A stretch of DNA of 64,000 nucleotides from Nitrospira sp. (GCA_047150005.1 AP038806.1:3584001-3648000), one strand, 5' to 3'. Positions 1-10,136 are shown, counted from the stretch's first letter. Notes: generated from the sequence alone by a model not told the origin. Program-made: numbers and translations.

Positions 1-906
1 GTCGCTCCACCCGGTCGCCGTCGGCGAAGACATCTGAGCGCTTAATCGCCAGGCGCCCGGACTCGTTGCACCGCCGGGAGGCGTGCCAGAGCCAAAGCCT
101 GTATAGCCTGTCGGCGATTCTGCCGGGACGGCGCCCACAGGCAGCGTGGTATGAGCTACCCAGTTGCCGGAGGGATCCTTCCGTTCGAGCCGCACCGTGT
201 ACATACGATTGGTATTCACAGGCCTACCATCGAGTCCGACTTGAGTGTCCACCCATCCCTTCGGTGGCGCAAGCTTGATGGGGACGTGGGTTCCATTGAT
301 GAATAGCGCGTTGGGCGTCGGTGACAGGATGATCGGTGCAATGCGAGCCGGCCTTGGTTGCACCCCTTGCGTGATTCGCTGATTCCGTCGCTGGAGAGCC
401 GCCGCCGCTTCAGCCTTCAGGGCCGCCTCACGTTTTGCAAGGAGCGGCCGGCGATCATACTGAAGTCCCGGGGTCAGGGGACTTTGGCGCTGACTCACAA
501 TGGTTGTGAGGATTTCATTGTAGAAAAACACCATCTGGCCTTGTGAGGAGGTTTGCACCCCACCACAGGTGGTGCTGCTCAGCCAGGGATCACTCCTACA
601 CGTCATCACGCTCTGGATTTCGCCGCTGGCAGGATTGTGCACTTCGTCGATCAATACAATACGCTCCTGCACGCGACCGTCTTTTGAACGGTAGGCACCT
701 TCCGCGGTCCAGCGATATGAAACGAAGTTCCTCACTCGGCAAGTACCGGAAAGTTTGTAGCTCGAACGGGTCGCGCTGATGTCGTCGACGATGGACACCA
801 ACAGACAAGCGTTAACAAAGTCGTCTTCTTTCGTATATTCTATGGCTCGTGTCTCCTCCTCAGGCCACAATAGAACCACGAGCAGTACGGACCAGAACAC
901 ATTCAT
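1..906 (-). CDS. Exported hypothetical protein, partial (runs off the left edge; not in the ORF track)
   Basis: ATG at 906 with AAGGAG upstream and ATGA overlap with the lnt stop; hand translation MNVFWSVLLVVLLWPEEETRA... stays open to position 1; hydrophobic N-terminus. Confidence 0.75.
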   Translation of the reverse strand, partial: MNVFWSVLLVVLLWPEEETRAIEYTKEDDFVNACLLVSIVDDISATRSSYKLSGTCRVRNFVSYRWTAEGAYRSKDGRVQERIVLIDEVHNPASGEIQSVMTCRSDPWLSSTTCGGVQTSSQGQMVFFYNEILTTIVSQRQSPLTPGLQYDRRPLLAKREAALKAEAAAALQRRNQRITQGVQPRPARIAPIILSPTPNALFINGTHVPIKLAPPKGWVDTQVGLDGRPVNTNRMYTVRLERKDPSGNWVAHTTLPVGAVPAESPTGYTGFGSGTPPGGATSPGAWRLSAQMSSPTATGWSD

Positions 907-2594
907 GAGATACACTCCTTTGAGCGGGTATGTTTCATCGTTGCTGCCGAGACGTCGCCGAATCGACGATCTGGAGGGGCCGACGGTTTCGGCGGAATGG
1001 TCCTCCTACGCCCTACGGACCGAGCATGACAGATCATTCCCCCTGCCAAGCTCAATAGACCGACGAGCATGGCGCTATCGCCGGTGATCGTGTAAAGGGT
1101 GGGCCCGGCGCCAACCGTGACCTCACCTGTGACCACCCCCTCGTGGAACAGCCCTGGCACACCCGTGACCACCTTTCCATAGGAGTCGATAATCTGTGAC
1201 GGACCCGTGTTCGACGCGATCACAATCGGCACTCGATTCTCTACGGCGCGCATGACCGACATGAGGTTGTGCTGGAGCGGGGCCGCGCTTCGGCCGAACC
1301 AGACGTCGTTCGTCAGCTGCACCAGTACATTGGCCCCCTCGCGAACCGATTCTCGCGCAAGGGAAGCAAAAAGATTTTCCCAGCAGATCAGTGCACCGGC
1401 AGAGAGGTCGGTCGTCACGTTGAAGAGTTGCGAGTGATCGCCGGGTGTCATTTCTGTCACACGCGGCGCGAGCCATTCAGGCCATGGGATGATCTTCGAC
1501 TGAGGCAAGTACTCGGCGAAAGGAACAAGAACTCGTTTGCGATAGGGCTGACCCGATGGTTGACCGGGCTTGAGTAGATGAGCGCTATTAAATATGCGGC
1601 GACCGATCGTGATTTCCGAGTCTCCCGTCGCGAACTTCTCTACTTGGGCTGCGCCGACGATCAACGACGTCTCGATCTCGTCGACCAGGCGCTGCAATCG
1701 AGCGGTCAGGATTGAGTCTGATCGTAGCTCGCCTGGGATTGCGCTTTCCGGCCAGACAATGAGGGACGGACGATCAGCCGCGACCCGCCGTGTGAGTTCT
1801 TCCAGGCGTCCTAAGCTGGCTTCCCGCCCGTCTTCTGTTGTTCGGTCTGCAAGTTGAATGTTCGGTTGGATGGCGACGACTGAGACGTTCGCTCCTTGAG
1901 GCTGGTTGAACAATACCGTGGCGCCCCACAGATGCGTCAGCACGAGGGCGATGATGGCTATTACCGCCGATCGTCGATCGATGCCGAGGATCAACCCGGC
2001 AAGTGCAACATTGCCCAGCGCGACAAAGAAGGTCACGGCATGTTCACCGCCGAGACTTGCGATCTGAAGGACGGCGAGGTTGCTGTGTTGGGTTTGCGCG
2101 AGGGTCCCCCAGGGAAGGGCCAGAAAGCCGGCATGCGCACGCAGATAATCGGCGACGACCCAGAGGATCGGACCGGTGAGAATGAGAGGCGCATGGCGGC
2201 GGGCTACCCACGCCACGGCTGCGCACCATAGAGTGGGGTAGATCGCCACGTAGAGCGCCAGCACGATCGCATGGCGCAAATCGAAAGCGGGAACTTCAAA
2301 TAGCCAGCCATAAATACCGAAACTCGACACAATCCCAAACAGGAGGCCAAGGCCTGCGGCTCTGAGCGGCGCAAGGTCGTGGCACGCCACCATGAGGGGA
2401 ACCAACGCCACCCAGCCGAGCCAACCGACGTCCGGACTGGGCAACGAGCAGATCAAGAGCCCCGCGGACAACAAGGAGGACACAATTCTCGTGAAGGGAC
2501 ATTCGAGGGCCTGTTGACGGCGAAACGATCGCGGAGCAACTGCGAAGCTGCCTGATAACGAAAGGACAGGGCTTGTGTACGAGTCCTTGTTCAT
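903..2594 (-). CDS. lnt: Apolipoprotein N-acyltransferase
   Basis: TM-rich N-half, QPNI motif, nitrilase-fold triad motifs WPE, K..LVPFAEY, ICWE, plus TNDVWFG and RAVENR; start placed at MNKDS just after the upstream stop. Confidence 0.9.
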   Translation of the reverse strand: MNKDSYTSPVLSLSGSFAVAPRSFRRQQALECPFTRIVSSLLSAGLLICSLPSPDVGWLGWVALVPLMVACHDLAPLRAAGLGLLFGIVSSFGIYGWLFEVPAFDLRHAIVLALYVAIYPTLWCAAVAWVARRHAPLILTGPILWVVADYLRAHAGFLALPWGTLAQTQHSNLAVLQIASLGGEHAVTFFVALGNVALAGLILGIDRRSAVIAIIALVLTHLWGATVLFNQPQGANVSVVAIQPNIQLADRTTEDGREASLGRLEELTRRVAADRPSLIVWPESAIPGELRSDSILTARLQRLVDEIETSLIVGAAQVEKFATGDSEITIGRRIFNSAHLLKPGQPSGQPYRKRVLVPFAEYLPQSKIIPWPEWLAPRVTEMTPGDHSQLFNVTTDLSAGALICWENLFASLARESVREGANVLVQLTNDVWFGRSAAPLQHNLMSVMRAVENRVPIVIASNTGPSQIIDSYGKVVTGVPGLFHEGVVTGEVTVGAGPTLYTITGDSAMLVGLLSLAGGMICHARSVGRRRTIPPKPSAPPDRRFGDVSAATMKHTRSKECIS

Positions 2595-2605
2595 CTTGCT
2601 CCCAG

Positions 2606-3568
2606 TTAGGCATCCTCCTGCACACTGACTTCCATAAACTCCGCCGTCCCTCGTTCCAGGTACCAATAGAAGTTGTGCGAGCCTGGTGCAAGGTGAACGT
2701 AACTCCAGTGGTTGTAGACATTGGCGCCCGATCCATAATCGAACTGCTTGACGACGATGCCGCCTTTTACAAGAGAAGCCTTCGCATTGCTCATGAAGCC
2801 CACAACATTCACGTAGTACATGCCTTCCCGAGGTACCGTGACATTGAACACCAACCATGATTTGCCCTGCGGACTTTCAATATGAATTCCCGCATCCAGC
2901 ACCGGCCTGAAAGGATCAAACTGCCAAATGCCCCTAAAGGTGAGACCGGAATTCTTGGGGTCTTTGGCAGTGAAGACCGCTTTGAAGGGTTCCGCAGCTT
3001 GTGCCTCACCTGGCCGGAAGAGGCTGGCCAGGGAGAACGCCGACTGTCCGTCTGAGGGGAGTTGCGAGAGGTGTAGTCCCCGCCGCTTGGCTTCCTCAAT
3101 CATCTCGCGGCCGCCCGGCTCGGCAAGCAGAAAACCTCGCAATTGCTGAATCGTAGGTGTGGGGCGTGGCGGCATATTTGGAGGCATCATCGCTCTTCCG
3201 GGCAGTTGCATTTCCGGTGGAGCAGCCTGTGCAGGCGGCAGGGCATTCGTCCGGCTGAACAAATTCAATTTGCCCATTCGTCCTTCGAACGTATTGGGAA
3301 ACGTCTGAAGGGGGGAGGGCGTGGCGTTCAATCGTTGCGTCTGTATCAATTCCGGTGGCAACGCCGTTTCGGCCGGAAATTTCGGCAGGAGAAGCGCACG
3401 AGGAGCGACTGGAGAGGCAACAGGGCTCGTCGGGGAAGGTTTCCCTGCTTGCACCACCGGCTGGATCAGTCTGTCGTTTGGGCCGGCCTTGACCTCGTGC
3501 GAAACCGTGAGCCATATCGTCGTCGCCCCGCCAAGAGCGATGGTCAGCATCAGAAGTGAGCGCCTCAT
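2606..3568 (-). CDS. Exported protein, Pro-rich linker plus C-terminal beta-sandwich-like domain
   Basis: Signal peptide MRRSLLMLTIALGG; C-terminal domain visibly paralogous to 3632-4216. Confidence 0.7.
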   Translation of the reverse strand: MRRSLLMLTIALGGATTIWLTVSHEVKAGPNDRLIQPVVQAGKPSPTSPVASPVAPRALLLPKFPAETALPPELIQTQRLNATPSPLQTFPNTFEGRMGKLNLFSRTNALPPAQAAPPEMQLPGRAMMPPNMPPRPTPTIQQLRGFLLAEPGGREMIEEAKRRGLHLSQLPSDGQSAFSLASLFRPGEAQAAEPFKAVFTAKDPKNSGLTFRGIWQFDPFRPVLDAGIHIESPQGKSWLVFNVTVPREGMYYVNVVGFMSNAKASLVKGGIVVKQFDYGSGANVYNHWSYVHLAPGSHNFYWYLERGTAEFMEVSVQEDA

Positions 3569-3631
3569 GGTGTCCCCCCCCGCATTGGGCCTGTTGCTCA
3601 TCCTAATTCAAACGGCCGGTGTCCATGACTC

Positions 3632-4216
3632 TCACCCTTCGATCTTGGCTTTGAGAATATGGGTTTCCAGGAATTCAACAGAGCCGCTCTCCAGGGTCCA
3701 GTAAAAGAAATGAACACCAGCCCTGAGCTCTACCAGCGCCGGATACAGGTGCATTCCCTGCGGCCGGTTCCTGTAATCCCAACTGGCTACATTCACCGGC
3801 GTCGGCGCGGCAGACGTTAAGCTGGCTCGGGCGCCCGGCCCGCTGATCACGCAGTTCACGATGTACCATCCATCTTTCGGAGCTTTGACCATGATCAGGA
3901 CGCGCGCCGGCCCGTTGTCGAGCGAATTGACGATGGTGGGGCTCGTCATCATCACCTTATTGTTGCCGGACATCGTGACGCCGATGAGAAAAATTGAGCT
4001 GCCTTGGAGGGAACGGTTCTCTCGCGGCGTCAGCGTTTCCGGCAGGGACTCGTCAGCAGGCCCGATCGGTCCGGACCGACCCACGGCCAAGGTGTCCGGA
4101 GGGGAGAGCCATTTCAAAGGCGATCCATTAGGCGGAAGGCTCAGCCAGAGGCATCCCGCCATAATGGGGACAAGAACTACCGGAGACAGAACGGCACGCG
4201 TTCGTCTTCGATGCAT
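3632..4216 (-). CDS. Exported or membrane-anchored protein with the same C-terminal beta domain
   Basis: GAGGAGG RBS; hydrophobic N-terminus; G.Y.VN and L..G.H.FYW.LE.G..EF.E pattern shared with 2606-3568. Confidence 0.7.
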   Translation of the reverse strand: MHRRRTRAVLSPVVLVPIMAGCLWLSLPPNGSPLKWLSPPDTLAVGRSGPIGPADESLPETLTPRENRSLQGSSIFLIGVTMSGNNKVMMTSPTIVNSLDNGPARVLIMVKAPKDGWYIVNCVISGPGARASLTSAAPTPVNVASWDYRNRPQGMHLYPALVELRAGVHFFYWTLESGSVEFLETHILKAKIEG

Positions 4217-4295
4217 ACGTCCTCCTCTCGGTTGGGACGGACCGGGGGTTCGTTCTCCTTTGTCGATGCATCTCCCTGAAGGTTCAAGTCACCCG

Positions 4296-4931
4296 TCACT
4301 TTCCCGTTCCCTTCAGCGCATCCGTCCAGGCCTTCGCGGCCTTCGCGTCGGTCGCGGCGGGCTTCGTGCATTTCTTGCCGCGCACGCCGTAACTGATGGT
4401 TTCGGTCCGAATCGGGCAGGTGCCGAAGGGCGTACCGAACTGGACGACGCCCTCGATCACCGTGAGAATGCTTTGCCCGTCTTCCTGGACTTTCAGGTTG
4501 AACTCCGTTTCCTTCACCGCTGCTGTGGCCACCGGCGTCTCCACCTCGAACCGTTTCGGTCCGCCGGCGGTCTTCGCCCAGACTTCCCCCTCTTTCAAAC
4601 GGAGGATCCGCACCGTCGGCTTGTCCTTCTCCCATCGAGATAACAGTTTGAACGACGTGTTCTCGTTGAGCGCCACCTCGATGCCTTCCGTGAATGTGAT
4701 GAGGGCTTGGCTGCCGGCGTCGGTCTTGAGGACATCGCCTTCATAGAGGGGGACATTCCCTTTGCCCTGCAACCGTTGCTGTACGCCGTCGGTTCGGACG
4801 ATGACCAGCGTGCCGATGGCGTTGGTGGCCGTTCCCATGGGAGTATTGTCGGCGTAAGCCGTCGGAAGCGTGGCGAGGTTGAGCACTCCGAGCAGGAGAA
4901 CCGCGATCATCGCATCTCGTAGAATCGTCAT
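4296..4931 (-). CDS. FecR-domain exported protein
   Basis: Signal peptide; L.EGD.L.T, LNENT, L..GEVW and VETPVATAAVKETEF motifs of the FecR-like beta domain. Confidence 0.85.
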   Translation of the reverse strand: MTILRDAMIAVLLLGVLNLATLPTAYADNTPMGTATNAIGTLVIVRTDGVQQRLQGKGNVPLYEGDVLKTDAGSQALITFTEGIEVALNENTSFKLLSRWEKDKPTVRILRLKEGEVWAKTAGGPKRFEVETPVATAAVKETEFNLKVQEDGQSILTVIEGVVQFGTPFGTCPIRTETISYGVRGKKCTKPAATDAKAAKAWTDALKGTGK

Positions 4932-4987
4932 GGTGTTAACTCCTTCAGGTCTTGGTCGATGTCCCTGTCCAGTGTGAGCACCGGTGG

Positions 4988-6028
4988 CTATCTGGAAACG
5001 ACGACTCGGATCGGCTTGCGGCCGACCGGCACCGTCGCGAGCGTTTGGCCGGTTCCCGTGTCGATCACGCGGATTTCATTTCCCTTGTCGTGCGCGACGA
5101 AGAGACGCGTGCCTTCCGGATTAGACCAAATACCGTTCGGGCTTTCACCGACGGCGATTTCGTCCATGATTTTGAGTTCCTTGAGATCGCCGCCGAGTCC
5201 CACCACCTTGTTCTGGCTGCCGACCGTCACGTAGGCCAGGGGACCGGTCGTGCCTTTGTACGCGAAGGCGATCTGTTGAGGCTTGTCGCCCACGGCGAAG
5301 GTGCCGACCTTCTCATGACTCTCCGGGTCCAGGACGTATACGTCGTTTTGGCCGGTATTGACGCCCCAGATATGTCCGTCCCGGCTCACGACCAGGAAAT
5401 GCGGATTGGCTCCGACTGGAATCGTCTTGACGACCTGATGGGACGTGATATCGATGACACCGACCGTTTTCTCTCCTTGAGAGCTGACGAACGCATACCG
5501 CCCGTCGTGTGAAAAGGTCAGACCGGTCGGACCCTTGCTCACCGGGATCGTCCCGAGGATTCTGAAGGTGGTGGTGTCGATGATCGAGATCGTATTGTCG
5601 CCGATGTTGGCGACCCAGAGCTGGCTATCGTCGTTGCTGAGCGCGACGACATGGCACCGTTCGCCAGTGTAGATCGATGCGATCGTTTCTCGTTTCGCCG
5701 TGTCGATGACGGAGACTCGCCCGGATGCCAAGTTACTGGCGTACAGGCGGCGGCCGTCTCGGCTCACGGCCAAGTCGTGTGTCGAATGGTTGAGCGCAGC
5801 AATCGTGCCGACCGATTGAAAATTCGTGGCGTCGATCACGCTGACGTCGTTGCTGCTCTCGTTGGCGACATAGATGCGGGAGGGGACTGGAGCGAGCGCC
5901 GACGTCGATGACGGCACGGAGGCCGTGGGCATGTCATACGACCCTATCTTGGTGGGTTCGAAGGCGCCGGCACAACCGGCGATCCCCGGCGCGAGGCACA
6001 CAAAAAGAGCGAACCGATCTATACGCAT
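4988..6028 (-). CDS. YVTN/YncE-type beta-propeller lipoprotein
   Basis: Lipobox IAGC; repeated YVAN..S..VSVID and IPVG..P blades. Confidence 0.88.
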   Translation of the reverse strand: MRIDRFALFVCLAPGIAGCAGAFEPTKIGSYDMPTASVPSSTSALAPVPSRIYVANESSNDVSVIDATNFQSVGTIAALNHSTHDLAVSRDGRRLYASNLASGRVSVIDTAKRETIASIYTGERCHVVALSNDDSQLWVANIGDNTISIIDTTTFRILGTIPVSKGPTGLTFSHDGRYAFVSSQGEKTVGVIDITSHQVVKTIPVGANPHFLVVSRDGHIWGVNTGQNDVYVLDPESHEKVGTFAVGDKPQQIAFAYKGTTGPLAYVTVGSQNKVVGLGGDLKELKIMDEIAVGESPNGIWSNPEGTRLFVAHDKGNEIRVIDTGTGQTLATVPVGRKPIRVVVSR

Positions 6029-6071
6029 GATGATGCCTCCATGATGACGATGGATGATGTGGAACGGGCAA

Positions 6072-9000
6072 TCAGCGCACCTGGCCCAGTATCAACTGTC
6101 CCTCGACCTCACCTTTCTTGACCGGATGCTGATTCTGGCCGGTCACCTCCGGAACTTTCTTCGACACATAGCCGTAGACTTCGTCGACCGTCACGATACC
6201 GTCCTTGTCGGCGTCGGCCTTGCCGCGCAACCCTTCCAGGAGATAGTAGGTGAACACGCCGTGTCCGAGATCTTCCCGCTCCTCGCTGACCTCGCTGGCC
6301 TTACTCGCGCTGAGCACGATCCGCCCCTTGCCTTTGGACAGCCGGGACAGAAAATTCTCGGAGACGACCGCCCGTCGGGAGGCGGTGGCGAACGTCCGGC
6401 CGGCCGTCGCGCCGCTGTAGCAGGAATCGCTGATGAAGATGATGCGTTCCGGGGTCAGGCGCTGGAAGATCGTTTCGATTTCCCTCATCGGCAAGCCGGT
6501 CGTATACAGGTCCCGCGGGTCCGCGTCGAAAGGGACGATGTATTTTTCCAACCCATCGTCGTCGCCTGCCGATGAATCGGCCTCCGGCGCGCCGTGACCG
6601 GCGTAGTAGACAATGACCGTATCTTTCTCTCCGGCCTTTCGTCTGAGATCGGTCCCCAGGGTTCTTTTGAGGTTCATCAAGGTGGCCTGATCGTTGAGCA
6701 ACAGGGTCGTCTGCTCCTTGGGAATGCCGATATGGTTGGCGAGATAATCATGGAAGGCCAGGGCGTCCTTGTCCGCATAGCGGAGCGGCTGTACCCCCTT
6801 ATAATGGGAAATGCCGATCACGACCGCCCAGATTTTCCCGCGATCGGCGACCCGCGTGACGTTGAGCGTGCGGGTGGCCGAGAGATTGTCGCGATCGACG
6901 GCGGTCACGACGATCTGATTCTTGCCTTCTCGCAACGCTAAACGTTCGGAGAACTCGATGTTGGTTTGAATATCCGACCCTTCCGATTTCACCGTGACGC
7001 CCCGGCTGTCCTTCTGGGTCACGAGCTGTCCGTTGAGGCGGATCTCGACCCGCGCAACCCCCTTCTCGCTCGCCGCCGCGCCGGCCAGATGGATCCGCTC
7101 GACGCCGACTTCCGTGCCGTCCGACGGGCTGGCCAGGGCGATGACCGGAGGCGCGTTCTGATAAAGCTTGACGACCGGCGTCCCGGAGATCGTCGGGACC
7201 GGCATGTCTCCCTTCACCGGTTCTTGTGATTCTCGAACGTCCGCCTTCGCAACCCAGCCGACTTCTTTGGGAGAAATCTGCACGCGATACCACTCGCCCA
7301 GTTCACCGGTCACGGCCAGACCCTGATCTTTCGGGGCGGAGGCGATGACGGACGCCTCGGCGCCGGCACCGCTGTGAATTGTCGCGGACTGGGCGCTCAC
7401 CGCGACCACTTTGTTGGTGACGACGATCTGCGGGGCGGTCTTGTGATCGACGGCGACCTTCATGGTGTCATCCAGGGTCGTGTGAAGGCCGCGCTCCTTG
7501 ATGAAGAGGCGAATCGGAATCTGCTCGTCTCGGATATCGCGGCCGACGAACAGGTTGACCGTGGCATGCTTGGCTTCGTCGGGCTTGAGCAGTCCGAGGT
7601 CTACCTGGCTCTTGCTGAGTTTCAAACTTGGGTTGGGCGGGATTGAGACATCCACGGTGGTGTTCTGGGCTTGGACCGCTCCGACGTTTTTGACGGTGAC
7701 AAGGAGGTCTACCGCTTCGCCCCGCTGCAGCCGCCCGTCGCCGTTTCCCACCGAGCTGCCGCTTCCGTCGTCGATGATTTGCAGAGTGTAGGCGAACCGG
7801 GGACGGGGCAAGCCTTTGAGTGCCAACACCGCATTCAGGTTCTCCGGCACGAAGCCGTTATATTCCTCGAATTCCACGCGAACAGGAATGCTGCCGTCCG
7901 GGCGGTCGGCCGGGACCTTGATCGTCACGACATCCTCTGCGCTCTGCCCCCCGTCGATCTTGCCCAAATAAAAGAGATGCCCGTCGAGGGCCGGATCGTC
8001 GCTCTTGATACGGGCTTGAAACCGGTAGAGCGGCCCTTTGCCTGCGTTTCGCACCGCCAGAGTCAAGGTCACTTCGCTTCCGGCCTTTGCTTCCATCGGT
8101 CTGATCGCCAGGTCTGCTTGGGCCAGCGGGGGAGGAGACGGCGGAGTACCAATCTCGTTGCCCCGCCGCTGCATCTTTTCGGACAGCTGCGCGCTGAGCG
8201 TCGGCGGCGTGGGCGGTTGCAACCGGACAATGCGGTCTCGACCGCCGGAGGCGACCAGGGCACCATCGGGCGACATCGCCAGCGACCAAACCGGTCCCTT
8301 GTGGCCGCCGAGGGTATGGCGTTCGTTGCCGGAAGCGACGTCCCAGACCCGCACGGTCCCGTCGGCGCCGGCCGACACCAAGGCACGGCCGTCTGAGGAA
8401 AACACGATCGTATGGACCTCTCCTTTGTGTCCGGTGAGCGTCAGGTGTTCCTGGCCGCTCTCGAGGTCCCACAGGCGGATCGAGCCGTCCGCAGAGGCGC
8501 TGGCCAACCATTGACTGTTAGGGTGAAACGCGAGGCCGTGCACGGCACCGGCATGTCCGGACAGGGCCTGCCGTTGCCGGCCGGTCGCCAGATCCCAGAG
8601 ATGCACCTGCATGTCGCTGCTGCCGGTCGCGAGTGTCTTGCCGTCCGGTGAGAACCGCAATGCGAAGACGACGCCGAATTGCCCGCGGACCGATTTCAGT
8701 TCTTTGCCGTTCGCGGTGTCCCACAGGCGGAAACTTCCGTCGTTCCCGCCGGAGGCGATCGTTTTTCCATCCGCCGCGAACGCCACCGCGCGGACCGCGC
8801 CGAACGTCGACGTCATGGCGCGCAACTCGCGTCCGGATGCCACGTCCCAGACGCGGATTGAAGTGTCGGCGCTGCCCGAGACCAGCAGGGTACCGTCCGG
8901 CGAGAAGGCCAGGGCATGCACTGCGCCCAAATGCCCGCGCAGGACACGTAAATCCCTGCCCGTGTCCGGTTCCCAGAGACGAATGGTTTGATCGGTTCCG

Positions 9001-9158
9001 GCCGAGGCGACGAGTCGGCCGTCAGGTGAGAACGCGACAGCGAGCACTTCGTTGCTGTGTCCGTTCAGTAGGCGGGTCGCCTGTTCGAGAGCCCGCGAAA
9101 CGAGAGGAAAACCCACGAGCCCAGAGATGAGCAGCCCGGCGAAGAAATATCGGCACAT
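6072..9158 (-). CDS. Exported WD40-repeat, Ig/CARDB-like, SH3-like and caspase-family (peptidase C14) protein
   Basis: Seven GH...WD repeats; C-terminal AVVIGIS.Y, YYAGHG (His), ISDSCYSG (Cys) and HGVFTYYLLEGL; start may be 9158 or 9224. Confidence 0.9.
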   Translation of the reverse strand: MCRYFFAGLLISGLVGFPLVSRALEQATRLLNGHSNEVLAVAFSPDGRLVASAGTDQTIRLWEPDTGRDLRVLRGHLGAVHALAFSPDGTLLVSGSADTSIRVWDVASGRELRAMTSTFGAVRAVAFAADGKTIASGGNDGSFRLWDTANGKELKSVRGQFGVVFALRFSPDGKTLATGSSDMQVHLWDLATGRQRQALSGHAGAVHGLAFHPNSQWLASASADGSIRLWDLESGQEHLTLTGHKGEVHTIVFSSDGRALVSAGADGTVRVWDVASGNERHTLGGHKGPVWSLAMSPDGALVASGGRDRIVRLQPPTPPTLSAQLSEKMQRRGNEIGTPPSPPPLAQADLAIRPMEAKAGSEVTLTLAVRNAGKGPLYRFQARIKSDDPALDGHLFYLGKIDGGQSAEDVVTIKVPADRPDGSIPVRVEFEEYNGFVPENLNAVLALKGLPRPRFAYTLQIIDDGSGSSVGNGDGRLQRGEAVDLLVTVKNVGAVQAQNTTVDVSIPPNPSLKLSKSQVDLGLLKPDEAKHATVNLFVGRDIRDEQIPIRLFIKERGLHTTLDDTMKVAVDHKTAPQIVVTNKVVAVSAQSATIHSGAGAEASVIASAPKDQGLAVTGELGEWYRVQISPKEVGWVAKADVRESQEPVKGDMPVPTISGTPVVKLYQNAPPVIALASPSDGTEVGVERIHLAGAAASEKGVARVEIRLNGQLVTQKDSRGVTVKSEGSDIQTNIEFSERLALREGKNQIVVTAVDRDNLSATRTLNVTRVADRGKIWAVVIGISHYKGVQPLRYADKDALAFHDYLANHIGIPKEQTTLLLNDQATLMNLKRTLGTDLRRKAGEKDTVIVYYAGHGAPEADSSAGDDDGLEKYIVPFDADPRDLYTTGLPMREIETIFQRLTPERIIFISDSCYSGATAGRTFATASRRAVVSENFLSRLSKGKGRIVLSASKASEVSEEREDLGHGVFTYYLLEGLRGKADADKDGIVTVDEVYGYVSKKVPEVTGQNQHPVKKGEVEGQLILGQVR

Positions 9159-9448
9159 GATGCGGATGTTGCCCCGTCCGCTCACGGCGCTCTCCTCGGC
9201 CCAGCACACTGCAGAAACGGCCATCGACGAAATGACGTCGAGCGCTCTTCCCCGACAAGCCTTGTCTCCCTTGGTCGATTGCAGGCTCTGATCGGTTCAA
9301 GCGGGGGCTAGTCTAGGGATACCCCCTGCGGGAAGTCAATGAAGAGGGGCCGCCCTATACGAAAGGTGGGGGCCATCTGACGGTAAGGATACGGCGAATG
9401 AACAAAATGGAGCGGACAACGGTGGGAGAGAGAGAGTAGGGGTACAGG

Positions 9449-9691
9449 CTAGGCAGCCCGGATCTTACTCATGAACTTGTGGTAGCACGTGGGGCAGTAC
9501 GTGTGCGTGAAGAGGCATTCCCGCGGATCAATCTGCTGTGTCTCTTCATAGAGACGCGACGTGACCCACCGCTCTGGGGCCGAGGGTCCCTCGGACTCCA
9601 CGCGGATCAGTCCGCATATGCAGCAGACGGGGAGCAACGACTTCTCCTTCGTCTGGTTTTCCATTCTTTCAGGCTGAGTGGCGTGTGTCAT
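9449..9691 (-). CDS. Small Cys-rich putative Zn-ribbon protein
   Basis: LLPVCCICGLIR...THTYCPTC. Confidence 0.7.
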   Translation of the reverse strand: MTHATQPERMENQTKEKSLLPVCCICGLIRVESEGPSAPERWVTSRLYEETQQIDPRECLFTHTYCPTCYHKFMSKIRAA

Positions 9692-9848
9692 GACTGAGTT
9701 TCATCCAATCGCGAATGTCCTACTTTAACAGTTGCCGATCATCCTTGAAAAGATCGGCGAGAAAAAAAATGAACTTTTTTTCCACCGGCCCTAGGGGTCA
9801 CCCTAGGTCGTGACTCGAAAAAATACCAGGCGGCACTTGTGGGAATTA

Positions 9849-10063
9849 CTAGCCCGCATTATTCATGACGGTTCGTGACGAAACCGCCGAGACGCCAAGC
9901 GAGACGGGCACGCGGAGTCCCGCGCGGCCGAGACGTACTCGTGCAGTACGTTGAGGCCGCGTGGGGCGAGCCTGCCCGCTGGCCGCGCGAAGCTCGCGGC
10001 CAGGCTCGTCGCAGCGGCGTATGGGCGGTTGCAGTAGAAGCGGTCATGAATAATGCGGGCTAG
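9849..10063. mobile_element. MITE-like element 1
   Basis: Perfect 21-bp inverted ends CTAGCCCGCATTATTCATGAC at 9849-9869 and 10043-10063, CTAG at both ends, no transposase. Confidence 0.85.
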
Positions 10064-10136
10064 GCGCTGCTTCAGTGCCGTGAATGCATCAAGAGAGGTG
10101 GACGTGACGCCCCGTCCTGCCGGTTTGTGACTTCGG

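Noticed and set aside
2595..2858. Extended N-terminus of lnt in the ORF track
   Set aside because: Overlaps the upstream gene; ATG 2594 fits better
9859..10063. Two 62-aa ORFs inside MITE1
   Set aside because: No RBS or motifs; stops fall in the terminal repeats
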